Below are positions 1 through 13,058 of a DNA stretch of 64,000 bases, piece after piece (position 1 is the first letter of the stretch; each line of letters begins with the position of its first letter). Origin of the DNA: Narcine bancroftii (taxonomy: Eukaryota). The translations under genes and the position numbers were made by a program. The stretch is from assembly GCF_036971445.1 (NCBI RefSeq), contig NC_091479.1:85188001-85252000 (forward strand), written 5' to 3'. The notes under the pieces were generated by a model. The model saw only the letters and a list, made by a program, of their open reading frames with translations, did no database searches and was not told where the DNA came from.

Positions 1-189
1 AGTTTACAAAACTGAATGCTGTAAAGAATTTGCTGAACTAATGCAAATCTCAGAATTGAAAAGATGCAAGTTTATCGAGCCATGTACAAAATAAATTCTA
101 CCTTCAGAAAAATATTCCTACAATCAATCTTTCTTCAATCCTCATAAACTTCAAATACAAAGTAACAATGAACAATCATTCCCTTGTTA

Positions 190-1003
190 TTACTCAACTT
201 CACAATGTCACCAAAACCAAGGAGCTGGTTATGGACTTCACGAGGGGAAAACAGAGGTGTATGATCTAGCGATTATTGGGGAAAATCAGAGGTGGAGAGG
301 GTGAACAAATTTAAATTCTTGGGAGTCACCATTTCAGAACACCTTCCCTGGACCCAGCACGTGAATGTCATTATTAAGAATGCAGATGAGCGCCTCTACT
401 TTTTTCAGGAGTTTGCAGAGGTTTGGTATGGTATCAAAAACCATGGCAAACCTCTAATAGACACATTGTGGAAAGTATGCTAATCAGCTGCATCGCAGCC
501 TGGTATGGAGGAACCAATACCTGAGTGGAAAGTCCTGCAAAGGACACAGCTCAGGACATCACAGCCAAAACTCTCCCCACCTTTGGGGAAATCTACATGG
601 AATACTACTGTCAGAGAACAGGAGCAACAATCAGGGACCCACACCACCCAGGACATGCTCTGTTCTTGCTACTGCCATTCTAAAAGAGGTATAGGTGCCA
701 CAAGACTCATACCACAAAGTTCAGGATCAGTTGCTACCCCTCCACCATCAGTCTCCTTTCTAAACAACAAATCCAGATACTCATTTATGGACTTTTACTT
801 TATGCATTATCTATTACTGAATATTTACTTCATGTATTGCACAGCTTTGTTTACATTTCTCGCTTTTGTATGCATAGCTTTTCCTGAGTATAGTTTTTTT
901 TTGCACTACTGACAAGTAGAAATTCTGCCTGCATCAGGAAAATAAATCTCAGGGTTGCATACGATGTCATGTGTGTTCTCTGACAATAAATCTGAACTTT
1001 GAA
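190..1003 (+). mobile_element. Degenerate 3' portion of a Rex1/Babar-like LINE
   Basis: ORFs 292..483 and 505..912 give frameshifted RT C-terminal motifs (VNKFKFLGVTISEHLPW; KNADERLYF). The 3' UTR ends tgacaataaatctgaac. Same family recurs throughout the window. Confidence 0.8.
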
Positions 1004-1529
1004 ACTTGGAAAACTGTAACTGCAATTTAGAACAAATTCCCGATTGAGATTATGGTTCTCAAAATGGATTGGAAATATATATAAAGAGATATGGGAAGAA
1101 GCAATGTTATCTGGTCCTAAGCAATCCTAATTCAAACAAGATGTGGCAAAATTGAACATACAAGACATACAGTATCTGTGACCACCCACATTTTGTTTGA
1201 GCAACTGTGATCAAGTCTGGATTGGCTTCTGCTTGAATTTTAAAGGTTCTGAATTTGACAGAGGCCCACATTGCACAGAGAACAACCCACCATTTCCTCA
1301 GCATTATTCTTCAATGAGGGTGTGAGTATTAAGCACTGCTGGCCTACAGGATAGGACTGTTCCATCTTGTATCCTCCTCCACTTCCCCTCCCCTGTACGT
1401 TTGTGTGATTGCAAGCAGCATCACAAGGACATTACTTGAAAAAAAAATCAGCAAGCAAGGGTGGCATCATTCCAGAATCCTCAACTTTTGCAGTTACAAA
1501 AAGAAACCCCAACCTGGTTAGGGTAAACA

Positions 1530-1630
1530 GACAATGCTGGAGAAACTCAGCAGATCAAATAATGTAATTTATACAGCAAAAATAAAGATACATTGCCAAC
1601 ATTTTGGGCTTGAGCCCTTCATCAAGGTAG
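1530..1630 (-). mobile_element. Penelope-like terminal-repeat fragment with a degenerate hammerhead-ribozyme-like core
   Basis: aatgctggagaaactcagcag motif shared with the ends of the Penelope element at 8320-9812. Minus strand 1627-1596 reads CCTTGATGA-A-GGGC-TCAA-GCCC-AAAATGTT. Confidence 0.65.
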
Positions 1631-3080
1631 AAACAAAATGTAGGCAAATTTTTTAGTGGAAAAAAAGCAAAAAGAATCATCAGTGCTGTGTGCAGGTACT
1701 GCAGATCCATGTGGGGGTCAAACTGGGAGGCCTGGAACCAGAGCTGGAAGCCACAAAGCACAGGATGCAGTGGAGGCTCAATATTTAAACTGAATTTAAG
1801 TCAGGCCCTATTGCACTAACTTCTTGAAAAGTATGATTTAACCATCTAATTGAAGATGGGTCTTGTGATGTGGCAGCAAGATGTTATTATAAGATCATAC
1901 TTAAATGTACACTAGCCAGTAGGCTTATTATAATATGCAACGGAAGACAAAATGATGGACAGTATAGTCAAATGCTTAACAACTAAGCAAGACGAAACTG
2001 CAGAGTGATAGCAAAACTGGATTAAGGAACTCCAGAGATTTGGTTTAATTCAAGTGAAGTAAGGATTAGCACTTGCTCACAAGAAGTTTATTAGATTCAG
2101 CACGTATTTTCTCATTAGTTAGGAATTCAACCTTTTCACTGAACTAACCTGAATTACTTTTACCTTGTAATAGTATGGAATAGTATTTGCTTGATACAAC
2201 TATGATCTTGAAGGATATTATGACATCATCTTCAAAAATTGCACACATTACCCAAAACGAAAATGCCTCACACATGGAAAGTGGAACAGAGTTACTTATT
2301 TTGCAGTTTACATACCCACAGAAACTGCATTCACATAAAAGTTTGCTAGAACAGGGTTGGTTGAACAATTGACTAGCTTTTATGCACAAAGTGTTGTAAT
2401 TCAAACTATGTTGAGTCACAACAATCAAAGCATTGTTCCATCTGCAGCAGAAATTTTGAAGTCTAATTTATACAATCCTAAAAACGTTTCTACCCATTAT
2501 TTGCTATTTCTAGTGTTCAAATGTTTGGAAAAAAGTTGCTTCAAGGAAGAGGGTCACTTTAAAGTTGAAGTCAAAAACAATACATGTAGAAATAAATGTA
2601 ATCTTGATTCCAATTATGGTGCCTCCATAGCTTAAGGGTTGTGCATCTGGAGCCCACTGAGATGAAAAAGGCTTCTTTGCTTATATTTCTGTAAATAAAG
2701 AGGGCCATCGATTCATGCTATATCAAGCAGACAATCAGTGCGTACATTTCAAGACTTTAAAAGTGACAAGCAATGCAAGAGATGAAGTAAACACTCCACA
2801 TGGCTGATATAGGTAATTTATCACACAAACTGTTCAACCTGATATGTTAATTCAGTTTGGAAGCAAGTGAAAGGGACAAGTTACTTCAATGAGAAGGATC
2901 AACTGCTTATAAAACATTAGTTTTATTAGTTTTGGGCAAGAAACTATATTGGACAAGACAAATCCAAATTCAAAAAAAACGTATTTAAATACAGTAAAAC
3001 CTTTGTTATCTGGAATTCAAGCAAATGACAAAAAAATCAAGGAAAATAAATAAGAACAAATAAAAATTAAAATAAACATT

Positions 3081-3940
3081 GGTAGTGATGTTTGTGGTTG
3101 AGTTAAATAAATTAATACTTCATCAGCAAATAAACTAATGTCATGTTGTATCTAATTTATCTTAAATCCCTTTAATTGTTGATCATCTCTGATCTTTGGT
3201 GCAAGTGGTTCTATAGCAAAAGCAAGCAAAGCTGGTGATAAAGAACACCCCTGCCTACCAGATCTATTTAAATTAAAAGATTGAGATATCTGTCTATTTG
3301 TTATCACTTTAGCTTTAGGACTTCCATACAAGGCCTTAATCCAATTTATAAAATTTGCACCAAAACCAAATTTACTTAACACCTTAAATTAAAGAATCCC
3401 ACTCTAACCTATCAAAAGCTTTTTCCGCATCTAAAGCTACAATAAGACTCAAATCTTTTCTTGTGAGCTAAATGAATTATACTTACTATATTCTCCAAAG
3501 TTTGTCTATTTTTAACAAAACCCATCTGATCCATGTTTATTAAATCAGAAAGATATTCATTAATCCTATTCGCCAATACTTTTGCTACAATTTTATTTTG
3601 ATCTACATTAAACAAAGATACAAGTCTATAAGAAGTAGGCTTTAATGGATCACTATCGTTTTTAGGAATAACTGTAACCATCAACATGGAAAACATTTCT
3701 GGAAGACAATGTTGTTTAGAAACCTGCTCTATGACTCATCAATAAAACTTCATAAAATTCAGCTGGAACCCCATCTTCACCTAGAGATTTATTAATTTTG
3801 TAAACTAGGAAGCGCATCATAAACCTCCTGCTCAGTGAAATGACTCTCTAATTGATTTAAACTTTGAGTTAATCACAGTATTGACAATTGTGACAAATAA
3901 TAATCTATAGCCTCTTGGGTAAAACATAAGAATCTGTTGA
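3081..3940 (-). mobile_element. L1/Tx1-like LINE reverse-transcriptase fragment
   Basis: ORFs 3412..3696 (SYRLVSLFNVD, DQMGFVKNRQ) and 3152..3382 (FGFGANFINWIKALY, RSGRQGCSLSPALLAFAIEPLA) are L1-clade RT motifs, frameshifted. Confidence 0.85.
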
Positions 3941-4114
3941 CACTGTGGTTAAATGGGGAAAAAAAACACAAATGCAGGTCAAACGGGGTCTTTATGTAGC
4001 AAAGGTAAAGATACAACACCAGCGTTTCAGGCCTGAGCCCATCAAAGTGTGGGGGAACATGAGAGATGTCCAAACTGAAGTCAAAAAACAACATTCAAAC
4101 ATACGAGTCCTTAT

Positions 4115-4960
4115 TTTCCAGGTGAGTGAGGGCTATATGGAGGGAGGTGGCATCGTTCATAGAGCAGATGGATCTATATGTGAACTGCAGGGGGATCCAA
4201 TGGCAGGGGCAGTAGGAGCTTGATGTGCCCCCTGAAAAGTCTCTCCAAACACTTCATTACGACGGACATAAGTGCGACAGGGTAGTAGTTATTGAGGCAG
4301 GACAAAGATGACTTCTTCGGCACGGGGACATCAGTAGTGGCTTTTAAGCATATTAGGACTGCAGCGCTTCTCAGGAAGATGTTAAAAATGTCGGTGAGAA
4401 CATCTGCTAGCTAAGCCGCACATCCACTGAGTACTCTGCCAGGAATTTTATCCAGTCCAGCAGCTTTTCATGGGTTGACCTTGCCAAACTCTCTCTTCAC
4501 TTCAGCCATTGCAAGACAGCACCTGATCATTTGAAGGAGAGGCAGTCTTTTTTGCCACATCATTTTTGACCTCAAAGCGTGAGTAGAAGTTGTTCAGTGC
4601 ATCTGGGAAGGAGGCATCTTCAGCAAAGGCAGATGGTGTAGTCTTGTGGTTGGTAATCTCTTGGATGCCCTTCCACATTCGTCGCGTGTCCAGGAAATTA
4701 CTATGAATGCAATGGGCATGAACACGTTTTGCTTTCCTGATAGCCTTAGACAACATGGCTCTTGCAATATCTAGGGCTACCGTGTCATCAACTCTGAAGG
4801 CAGCATCTTGGTTCCTGAGTAGCACACACACCTCCTCAGTCATCCATGGCTTCTGATCAATGCAATTAATGATGGTCTTGGGCATAATGATGTTGTCAGT
4901 GCACTTACTAATGTAGCTGATCACTGATGTCGTACACTCCTCCAGAAACTGCAGATGTAG
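4115..4960 (-). mobile_element. Rex1/Babar-like LINE fragment (upstream part of RT ORF)
   Basis: ORF 4502..4963: QKPWMT...DTRRMWKGIQEITNHK...DALNNFYSRFE. Confidence 0.8.
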
Positions 4961-5619
4961 CAACAGTTAAATGCTCAAGATTTATATATTTATGCAAATG
5001 AAGTTTGTTCAGTGTAAGTAAACTGTTTATTCTTAATGCAGGTGTATTAGTTAGGCATTGCAAGAGTCAGTCTCAAGCAACAAGAACATTTCCTCATCTA
5101 GCATCTACCAATCCACATAGGTGACAGATACCACGGGTTTTACTATAAATGCATTTTCCTAGTAACATTGTTGACCAAAAATCACCCCTATATAAATATC
5201 ACAGTTAAACCCCCCCAAAAAAAATTTTAGACCTCTGAAAAATCTGAAATAATATGCCTTTTCATTATTGTACATAATGACTGGATCTGTGTCCATATTT
5301 TCTGTTTAGATTTAGAGGTTAACATTTTTTAAAATTTCAGATCTGCGCAAGAATCTTAATTAATGCCCAATGATCTGAGAAATCTCAATGAGAGATCCAA
5401 AATAATATTTTTTAATATTTGAGTATTTAAATGCATCATGTTATGATCTGGATACAGTGCCAGAAAAAGGTATGAAAGATTCAATGGTAAAACATACAAA
5501 GTGATTTGGATTTTAAAAAAAATTAGAGAAAATTGTATGGCACTAGGAAAGATCAGAAATAATTAGCTAACTCTGAAAGCTGCCACACACTTGCTGTTTT
5601 AATAAAGAAACCTCAGCAG

Positions 5620-5900
5620 TTACTTTACACTGAACAAGCTTTCGCAAATAGCACCGTGGTTGGTAATGATCAGAAAATCTATTGCACTGACATGTGGTTG
5701 AAAGATAAATAACAACAGAACCCATGAGCAACTTTCAAATTGGTTGCAACAATGACATGAAATATTTCACATCCAATGTACAGGACAGATGGGGAAATCA
5801 GTTCAACATCTCATCTGAATGATGGCACTTCCTCCAAGATGAAATGAAATGTCAACTAATTTTATGCTTGGGTGTTAAACAGTCAGGAGTCACAGCTGAC
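5620..5900 (-). mobile_element. Old, highly diverged Deu-domain-like SINE fragment
   Basis: Reverse-complement similarity to 55085-55430 (ttcaacatctcatctgaatgatggcac). Family assignment is from recall. Confidence 0.35.
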
Positions 5901-6659
5901 AAAAAAAACCCCTTTGACATTGCAAATGTGAAATACAGTATTTCTGTTGTTCACCTATTTCCATAAACACAAGATTAATGACCTATAAAGGATTGGGCAA
6001 CAAGTTACTCCTCAAAATGTCTCATTAAATCTATATTACTTGCAAAAAAATAATTACTTCTGTAATAATGTTCCATTTTAAAAGCTCCAATTTGATTGCA
6101 AATTTTATGATCCTAAGAAATCATAAAAGAAGATGATACCTTTTTCTAGTTGCAAGTCAATCAATAATTAAAAACTAAAATTTTATTACTTGAATCTTGT
6201 AAATTTCTCTCCCTTGTTTCGTGCTACACAGTTTATCTGCCCTGGGTTTGCAGTTGCATTTGAAGTGCAATTATTAACATTTACCATCACTGCGTCCTGC
6301 AAATGACTGCAATTTTTGGAATTTTCACAACAACATGTCACAGAAATCTGGAGGCTACTGTCAGGGATTAACCTCACCTCTTTGGATGCAATATTTGAAC
6401 TTCTCTACCATAATCATGGGAAATCACTACGAATGGTGTGAATTTAGGCTATATATGAACTAGTCCTTTCGAAAAACTTGAAAGTCTTGCAGCAAGTGAA
6501 ATAGCATCTGCTTCTTGGCCAATCTCTCAGGGTCGAAAATGGCTTGTTTCCATTTGTTTCTGAGGTGGCTTTCAAGTCCTGCACAAGAGATGCAGACACT
6601 TCAAAGGAGAAGCAGGCATTGCACATGTGGTTTGTTGTGGTATCAAAGATTATAGACTT

Positions 6660-7480
6660 TAAAAAAAAACCTTTATTTAAAATAAAACCACTTAGCAAAC
6701 ATAGCATAATATTTCAAACTTAATCCAAATACATGTGGTATTTTATAAAAAGAGTAAACACCCCTTCCCCCAACAAACTTAAAAAAGAGGCAAGAAAATC
6801 ACAACAGGAGTACTTCATTTTCCAATACCTTTAAATATTTATAAAAGGGTATGTTGGAGATTCATTTATATTTTAATACCAACAGTTTAAGAGATAAATA
6901 TCATACATTTTGTAAAATATGGAGCCCATATTTTTAAATTATAAGTAATTTTTTCAAGTTATAGCAATACATTTTCCAACTATTGCCAAGGCAATTTGAA
7001 CAAATTTTACTTGATACATATTCAGTTCAAATTTAGGTTTAATCCCTATAATATCTCCCAATAAAAAAATAACATTAGATCCTGTGGGAATCTTACTCTA
7101 GCTATTCATTCTAATAAATTACCCATTTCAAGCCAAAAAGGTCTAATTGTGAACACTGCCAAGTCAAATACCAAAAAGTACCAACTTCTTATCCACATCT
7201 AAAACATAAATCTGAATAAATATAATTCATATTATGCAACTTTTGTGGTGTTAAATATAACTGATGAATAAAATGATATTGAACTTACCGATATCTCACA
7301 TTTATTGTACTTTTCATACTCTCTCTACGTTCATCTATTTGCTTTTTTAAATCTACCTCCCATTTATGTCTTGATTTATTAACTCCTTTTCGAGTCTTCT
7401 TTTGTAATAATTTATACATCTCTGAAATAAATTTATTTACATCCTTCGTATATAATAATTCTACTTCTTTCTCCAGTGTA
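6660..7480 (-). mobile_element. L1-like LINE 3' fragment
   Basis: ORF 7285..7515 (KFISEMYKLLQ...KWEVDLK...INVRYR), followed by a degenerate Cys/His region and an AATAAA plus A-rich 3' end near 6670 on the minus strand. Confidence 0.7.
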
Positions 7481-8319
7481 CAGGCATTTGATACGCCTGG
7501 AAACTCCTCCTCCATTCAAAACAGACGTGGTTCAGGAATTCTATGATTTAGAAAGAATGTTGCATCTTTTCCAACAGACTTCAAGATCATCCTTGGATCT
7601 GGAACCATTTTTTCTGTCCTCCCGAGATTTCTTATCTCGACAAAGACTGGACTAGGCTCTGGCATCAGGCATACAGAGGCAGCTGAATATGATCAGAATT
7701 GGAGACACACAAGAGACTGTAGATTCTGGAATCTGAAACAAAACTCAAATCTGCTGAAGGAACTTGGTTTGAGCAGCTTTAGTGGGAGAAAAGAACTGTC
7801 AGCATTTTGGCCAGAACCCTTCATTAAGACTTGCCCAATTCCTCCAGCAGATAGAGTTTTGTGATCGGAATTGGCCTGGGAAAGAATCCCATGGCATGTT
7901 AAACCAAATGTTAGCATAATAGTGGTATTAAAGCTTTGTACAAATTCCTTTGGTAAATATTTCAAACTCATCAAGTATTTTTACAAGCTTATATTTCTAC
8001 TGTTTTAGGTATATCTACATCTTCCAAATGCATTCCTGAAATGCTGCCTGAGACTTTTTAAAATCAAAGCAAATGCCTACTGTGTCAAGTTGACAGCACC
8101 ATTGTTATTCTAGAATCTCACTGAACTTTCCCCCGATAAAAACAGATTTCTCACCAGATAAATCTCAAATATTGATGTTTGCCGAGAAATGCCTGCACCT
8201 CTACCCCATTCACTGTGGTAAGCAACACTGTCACTTTATCTTGAGCTCCAAACTCTGGACCACAGCTTAACTTGGGAAATACCGTATTGCTGCCTTGGGA
8301 TAATATTAATATAGCAAAA

Positions 8320-9812
8320 ACACTAATGCTGGACAAACTCAGCAGGACTTCCAGCATCCATAGGAGATAAAGATGTACATCGTATAACCAACTTTTCTAG
8401 CCTGAGATCTTCAAGCTACAAGTAAAAAGAACTCTCAGACACCTCCTCTAACAGGATCGACCAAAACTCATCAAATCGCATCATCTCTGAACATCACCTG
8501 GTCATCCCCCTTTGGTGCTGCCTCATGCACCCATGATGAGATCATTAACTTTATCCATTTTGCTGCAACCTTTCACCCCAACCTCAAATTCACTTTGTTC
8601 ATCTCTAGCAGCTTTCCCCTTTCCTCGATCTCTCTGTCTCCATCTCAGGAAACAAACTCTTGACAGACATCTTCCACAACCCAACAACCCCCACAACTAT
8701 CTCGACTAGACCTCTTCACACCCTGTCCCCTGTAAGGATTCCATTCCTTTCTCTCAATTCCTCTGCTCCATTGAAAATGCTCCAAGAAAAAGGTCTTCTA
8801 TGCCAGATCATCAGAGATGTCCTCCTTCAAATAACATGTCTTTCCCTCAACCACCATCAACTCAGCTCTTATCTATATATCCTCCATTACCTGTAGATCT
8901 GCCCTGGCCCCCTCCACCCTTACACACAAAGGCAGGGTTCCCCTAGTCTACAGCTACCACCCCACCAGCCTCTGCATTCAACATATTATCCTCCACCATT
9001 TACTATATGATCCCACCACAAAACACATCTTCCCTTTTACTCCCCTCTCTGCCTTCTGCAGGGATCACTCCCTCATCCATTCCTCTCTTCCCACCAATTA
9101 TCCCCTTGGTAGCTACCCCTGTGATCACAGGTGGTGCTCCACTTGCACCCACATCTCCTCACTCACCACCATTTGGGCCCCAAAATGTACTTCCAACACT
9201 TCACTTATGAATCTGCAGGGGTCATGTACTACATCTGGTGCTCCTGTTGTGGTCTCCACTTCATCGGAGAGACTGAATGCAGACTGAGAGATCGCTTCAA
9301 CTAGCACTTCAGCTCTGTCTGCCGCAAAAGCAGGGAGCAGCCAGTTACCACCCATTTCAATTCTCCTTCCCATTTCTTTGCCGACTTGTCTGTCCATAGT
9401 CTATTCATTGCCAGATTGAGACCACCCAAAAAATGGAGGAACAACACCTCGTATTCTCTCTGGACACCCTCCAACCTGATGGCATTAACATCAACGTCTC
9501 TAATTTCCATTGGCAGCTCCTCCCCCATCTTTCCCCAATGTCTCCTTTCCTCTAGCTTTTTCTCTCTCCCTCTCTGTCTCCTTTACCCCAGCTCTGAATT
9601 CACCCCACACGCCCCACCAATAAAATTTTTACCTTCTCTCTCTCCTGGCCCCCTTCCATACCTTTTGTCTGTACTCCTTTCCTTACCCCTTAAATTGCCT
9701 GCTTTTTACTCGTATCTTGAAGAAGGGTTCAGGCCAGAAATGTCAGAGTTCTCATGCATACTGCAAAACCTGCCAAGTTCCTCCAGCATCTGCAGACTTC
9801 CGTGTTTCACTC
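8320..9812 (+). mobile_element. Penelope-like retroelement remnant (RT C-terminus, GIY-YIG endonuclease, inverted terminal repeat)
   Basis: About 9199-9306 translates to FTYESAGVMYYIWCSCCGLHFIGETECRLRDRFN*H, a GIY-YIG motif. The 3' repeat at 9690-9812 is present inverted at 8320-8416. Confidence 0.85.
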
Positions 9813-10980
9813 CATATTACTAATAGACACCACAGATTCAACATGTTATTCAAATAGTCTTTCTGCAACAATTCTATGATACTGCATGTATATTAATTTC
9901 AGGATTAACTCAGTACAAAGCACTCTGAGTCACTATTTCAGCTGGATTTACATCAATACAAAAAAGGGAACTCAGCATGCTGAGATGTAGTTAGTTCAGG
10001 ATGGCAATAAAAGTGACTGTGAACATTTAAAGTTTCATATTTATTATCTTTTTCTGCACATTGTAGCAATTTAATTTGTACTATCGTTGGATGTTGCATA
10101 CCCATATGGCTGTGACAATAAAGAATTTCAATTCATCTGCACATTATACATTTTATTTCGACAATAAATTCTCACCTAAACCCAAATAAACAGTGCCATG
10201 TATCCGAAAACACTGTATTTCCATTTTGCGGCGACATTCACATTTTGGTGGATTGGATTTTTTTACAGACAGCCACCAAGCTGAAAGGCCTTGCAAGACT
10301 ATTGATCTGAGGCAAGTATCAGACCTAAGTGTAAGCGGCTGCAATTGAATGGACAGATGGGCTCACACTTTCTCTGGGGATGCCTGGAAGTCAGGTGAAA
10401 CCACACATCTGAATTAGGCGAGTTTCCTTTGCCATCTCCAAGGAACTCATCCTAGACAAGAATTCTGTTTCCCCCATACTGGCATTTTTCCTTTAAACTA
10501 AACCACTAATTTCTGTCTTACAAGTTCATCCCGCCCGCCGCCCCCCCCCCACCCCCCACCCCCGCCATTTCCCTCCCCTTCCAGAGAAGTAAATGAGGCT
10601 ACTTTAATTCCCAGACCTCAAAACACAACCAACTCCCATCATGCCGAGATAAGTCAGTCCGCCACTATCCAAAATTGGTTGAACAATTTCTTTTTTTTAG
10701 CGTGGCAAGCGACAAATGACTCCAAGCATTTAATTCACTTAACTATACAAATGATCGGCGTCTTTTCTCAGGCTATCAAAATGTTTGGCGAGACAGGAAA
10801 ATAAAGGGACTATTATTAGGTTTAAAGTTCGCCGAGTGTATGGGAACAAAAAGTTCTTCAAAACAATTATCACCCGCGGTGGGTTTATTAAAAAAATAAC
10901 CCACCATGAGACAGGCTGGAGAACCTCGGCGAGAAAGTCAGTGGTCGGACGGGCGGTGACAGCCAGGCTGCCAGGACCCC

Positions 10981-11224
10981 GGCGGTGGACCCGGGGGCCG
11001 GGGCCGGGCGGTGGACCCGGGGGCCGGGGCCGGGCGGTGGACCCGGGGGCCGGGGCCGGGCGGTGGACCCGGGGGCCGGGGCCGGGCGGTGGACCCGGGG
11101 GCCGGGGCCCGGCGGTGGACCCGGGGGCCGGGGCCCGGCGGTGGACCCGGGGGCCGGGGCCCGGCGGTGGACCCGGGGGCCGGGGCCCGGCGGTGGACCC
11201 GGGGGCCGGGGCCCGGCGGTGGAC
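10981..11224. repeat. 26-bp GC-rich minisatellite, 9 full copies plus a partial, in SAMTOR intron 1
   Basis: Unit GGCGGTGGACCCGGGGGCCGGGGCC(G/C) at 10981, 11007, ... 11189, partial at 11215. The first 4 units end in G and the last 5 end in C. No spacers. Confidence 0.97.
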
Positions 11225-11300
11225 GGCTCCCCTCCCCGGCTCCTCTCCCTCAGCCGCCCCCCCCCCCTTCCTTCCTTCCCTCCCTCCCTCTTTTCTTTAC

Positions 11301-11466
11301 CTTCTCGATATTTCTTGCGTAGCTTCCTGTGGACGTTCTTCACCACCCCGGAGAGCTTCTCCTGCTCCCGCTTCCTGTCGCCCTCGGAGGCCGCCGTCTG
11401 AACGCCGCCGAACCTCGGGAGCACCTCAGCCGCCCGGACATTGCACCGACCAACAACCTCCTCCAT
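11301..11466 (-). CDS. SAMTOR: First coding exon of SAMTOR (BMT2/C7orf60), S-adenosylmethionine sensor upstream of mTORC1; the other exons are presumably left of the window
   Basis: MEEVV...[26 protein letters not shown] matches the human N-terminal motif [26 protein letters not shown]. It ends at a phase-1 donor AAG|GTAAAG (GT at 11300-11299), lies in a CpG island, and is syntenic with GPR85. Confidence 0.93.
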
Positions 11467-11640
11467 GCCGATCGGTTCCGCTCAAGCCCAGGCCCCGCCT
11501 TCCGGTCCATGTGCCCCGCCTTCCGGTCTCTGTCCCCTGCCTTCCGATTGGTCGATGCGCGCAGACGGACGGCGGCGCCGCACCCACCACCGATGACGTC
11601 ACCGGCGTCTGAGTCTGCTCCGCCTTTCAGAAGTGTTCGA
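11467..11640 (-). promoter_or_regulatory. SAMTOR CpG-island promoter / 5' UTR
   Basis: GCCCCGCCTTCCGG (GC box plus ETS) at 11492 and 11513, with a third variant at about 11533. CCAAT on the minus strand at 11547-11551, TGCGCGCA (NRF1-like) at 11556-11563, and a perfect CRE TGACGTCA at 11594-11601. Confidence 0.75.
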
Positions 11641-11699
11641 CTGTGACAAAAATATGTCCCTTCAAAGCGCAGGTCCTCGGTTCCTGGCTTCACTTCAGC

Positions 11700-12560
11700 C
11701 CTGTGGAGAAGAGTAGAGAAGGAAGTTGAGGTGAAACCAGAAAGTCTGCACACACAAGTGCTGGAGATTGAAAACTTGGTGCATGAACAGCTTCTCACTC
11801 AATGTCCCCCAACCAAGAAGCTGATTGTAGACTTTAGGTGTCCAATCCAGTGATCATTGGGGCACCAGAGAGGGAGTAGGTGAACAAATTTAGGGAGTCA
11901 TCATCAAGGTGGATCTTTCCGGGACCCAACACATAAATGACATGGCCAAGAAAGCATGTCAGTGCCTCTAAGTCTTCAGGAGTTTGCAGAAGTTCGGTAT
12001 AACCTCAGAAACCTTGGCAAACTTCTACTGATGTGTGGTGGAAAGTGTGCTCACCGCTGCTTCAGGGCCTGATTTGGGGGTACCCTTGAGCGGAAAGCCC
12101 GGCAAATAGTGGTGTCTCACAGGCAAAACCCTCCCGGTCATCAAGAAAATCTACATGGCACTGCCATTGGAGAGCAGCAGCAATCATCAAGGATCCACAC
12201 CACCCAGGACATGCTCTGTTCTCATTACTGCCATCAGGAGAGAGGTAAGGTGCCACAGACTCATACCAGCAGGTTCAGGAACAATTTGATACCCTCCCAC
12301 CATCGGACTCCTAAACAATACTCAATTAGAGACTAATTTAAGGACTCTTACTTGTAACATTGTTTATTACTGAATATTTGTTTTTTTCCTGTATTTGCAG
12401 TCAGATTATTTACATCTCTTTTTTGTTTACATTTCTCTCTTTTGCGTACATATGTTTTTCAGTACTATTGAGTACAGATTATACTATCAATAAGTAGAAA
12501 TTCTTTCTGGTTTGTATGTGATGTCATGTATGTACTTGGACAATAAATTTGAAATTGAAG
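11700..12560 (+). mobile_element. Degenerate Rex1/Babar-like LINE 3' portion
   Basis: Colinear similarity to 190-1003 and 30800-31670; ends gacaataaatttgaaattgaa. Confidence 0.75.
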
Positions 12561-13058
12561 TTGAGAAACTTAGCAAATTCTGCAGCGCCCAAATGATGCA
12601 AAGATATATAACCAAAGTATCAGGCTTGAGCCCTTGAGGACCCTTGTGGGTGTGATGCTGATCTTGGCCAAATTGGATGATTGCAGTCTGGGTTGAATGC
12701 ACCCCATGGGACTGGTTGTCCTGGCTGAGGGTCCCTACTTTGGTGTTAACAACCCTCTGAAGTGGTGGAACTGTGCCTACTGCTGCACTCAAGACATCCT
12801 GGTATATATTTGCAGGAATACATGCTGGAAATATTGAATTAGCCTCCAATTTTGGGTGGACAAGTGACATAGAACATTAGACCCAAACTCAACTGATTGT
12901 GTAATTTTGGCAATTAAATCAGTCAGAGTATGAGTACTCAGCACATAATTCTCCAAAGGTATTCCATCAGTGGAGACAACGCTGGTGGAAGCATTCTAGG
13001 AGCTGTAGGTGATGCTGGTAGAGGACCCATGATTCGGAGCTGAACAGGAGTGTGGGTG

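Larger units (their letters stand above)
2992..5145 (+). mobile_element. Tc1/mariner (Tigger-like) MITE split by about 2 kb of nested insertions
   Basis: Left end TA|CAGTAAAACC and right end GGGTTTTACTA|TA. The two halves match the uninterrupted ~180-200 bp copies at 26169-26373 and 29333-29508. Confidence 0.7.

Noticed and set aside
3081-7480. The two L1-like fragments as one element
   Set aside because: On the minus strand the 3'-end fragment lies upstream of the RT fragment, so they are not colinear.
1-10900. SAMTOR exon 2 (expected VGDFDKIWREHC...) in ORFs such as 2144..2428, 6186..6377 and 6444..6707
   Set aside because: No matching peptide found by eye. It probably lies left of the window, although a short diverged exon could have been missed.
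10981-11224. CRISPR-like array
   Set aside because: Head-to-tail repeats with no spacers, no cas genes, and a eukaryotic context.
10785-11798. Long Gly/Pro/Arg-rich ORFs, including the 192-aa read-through of SAMTOR exon 1
   Set aside because: These come from translating a stop-free GC minisatellite and CpG island; SAMTOR homology ends at the splice donor at 11300.
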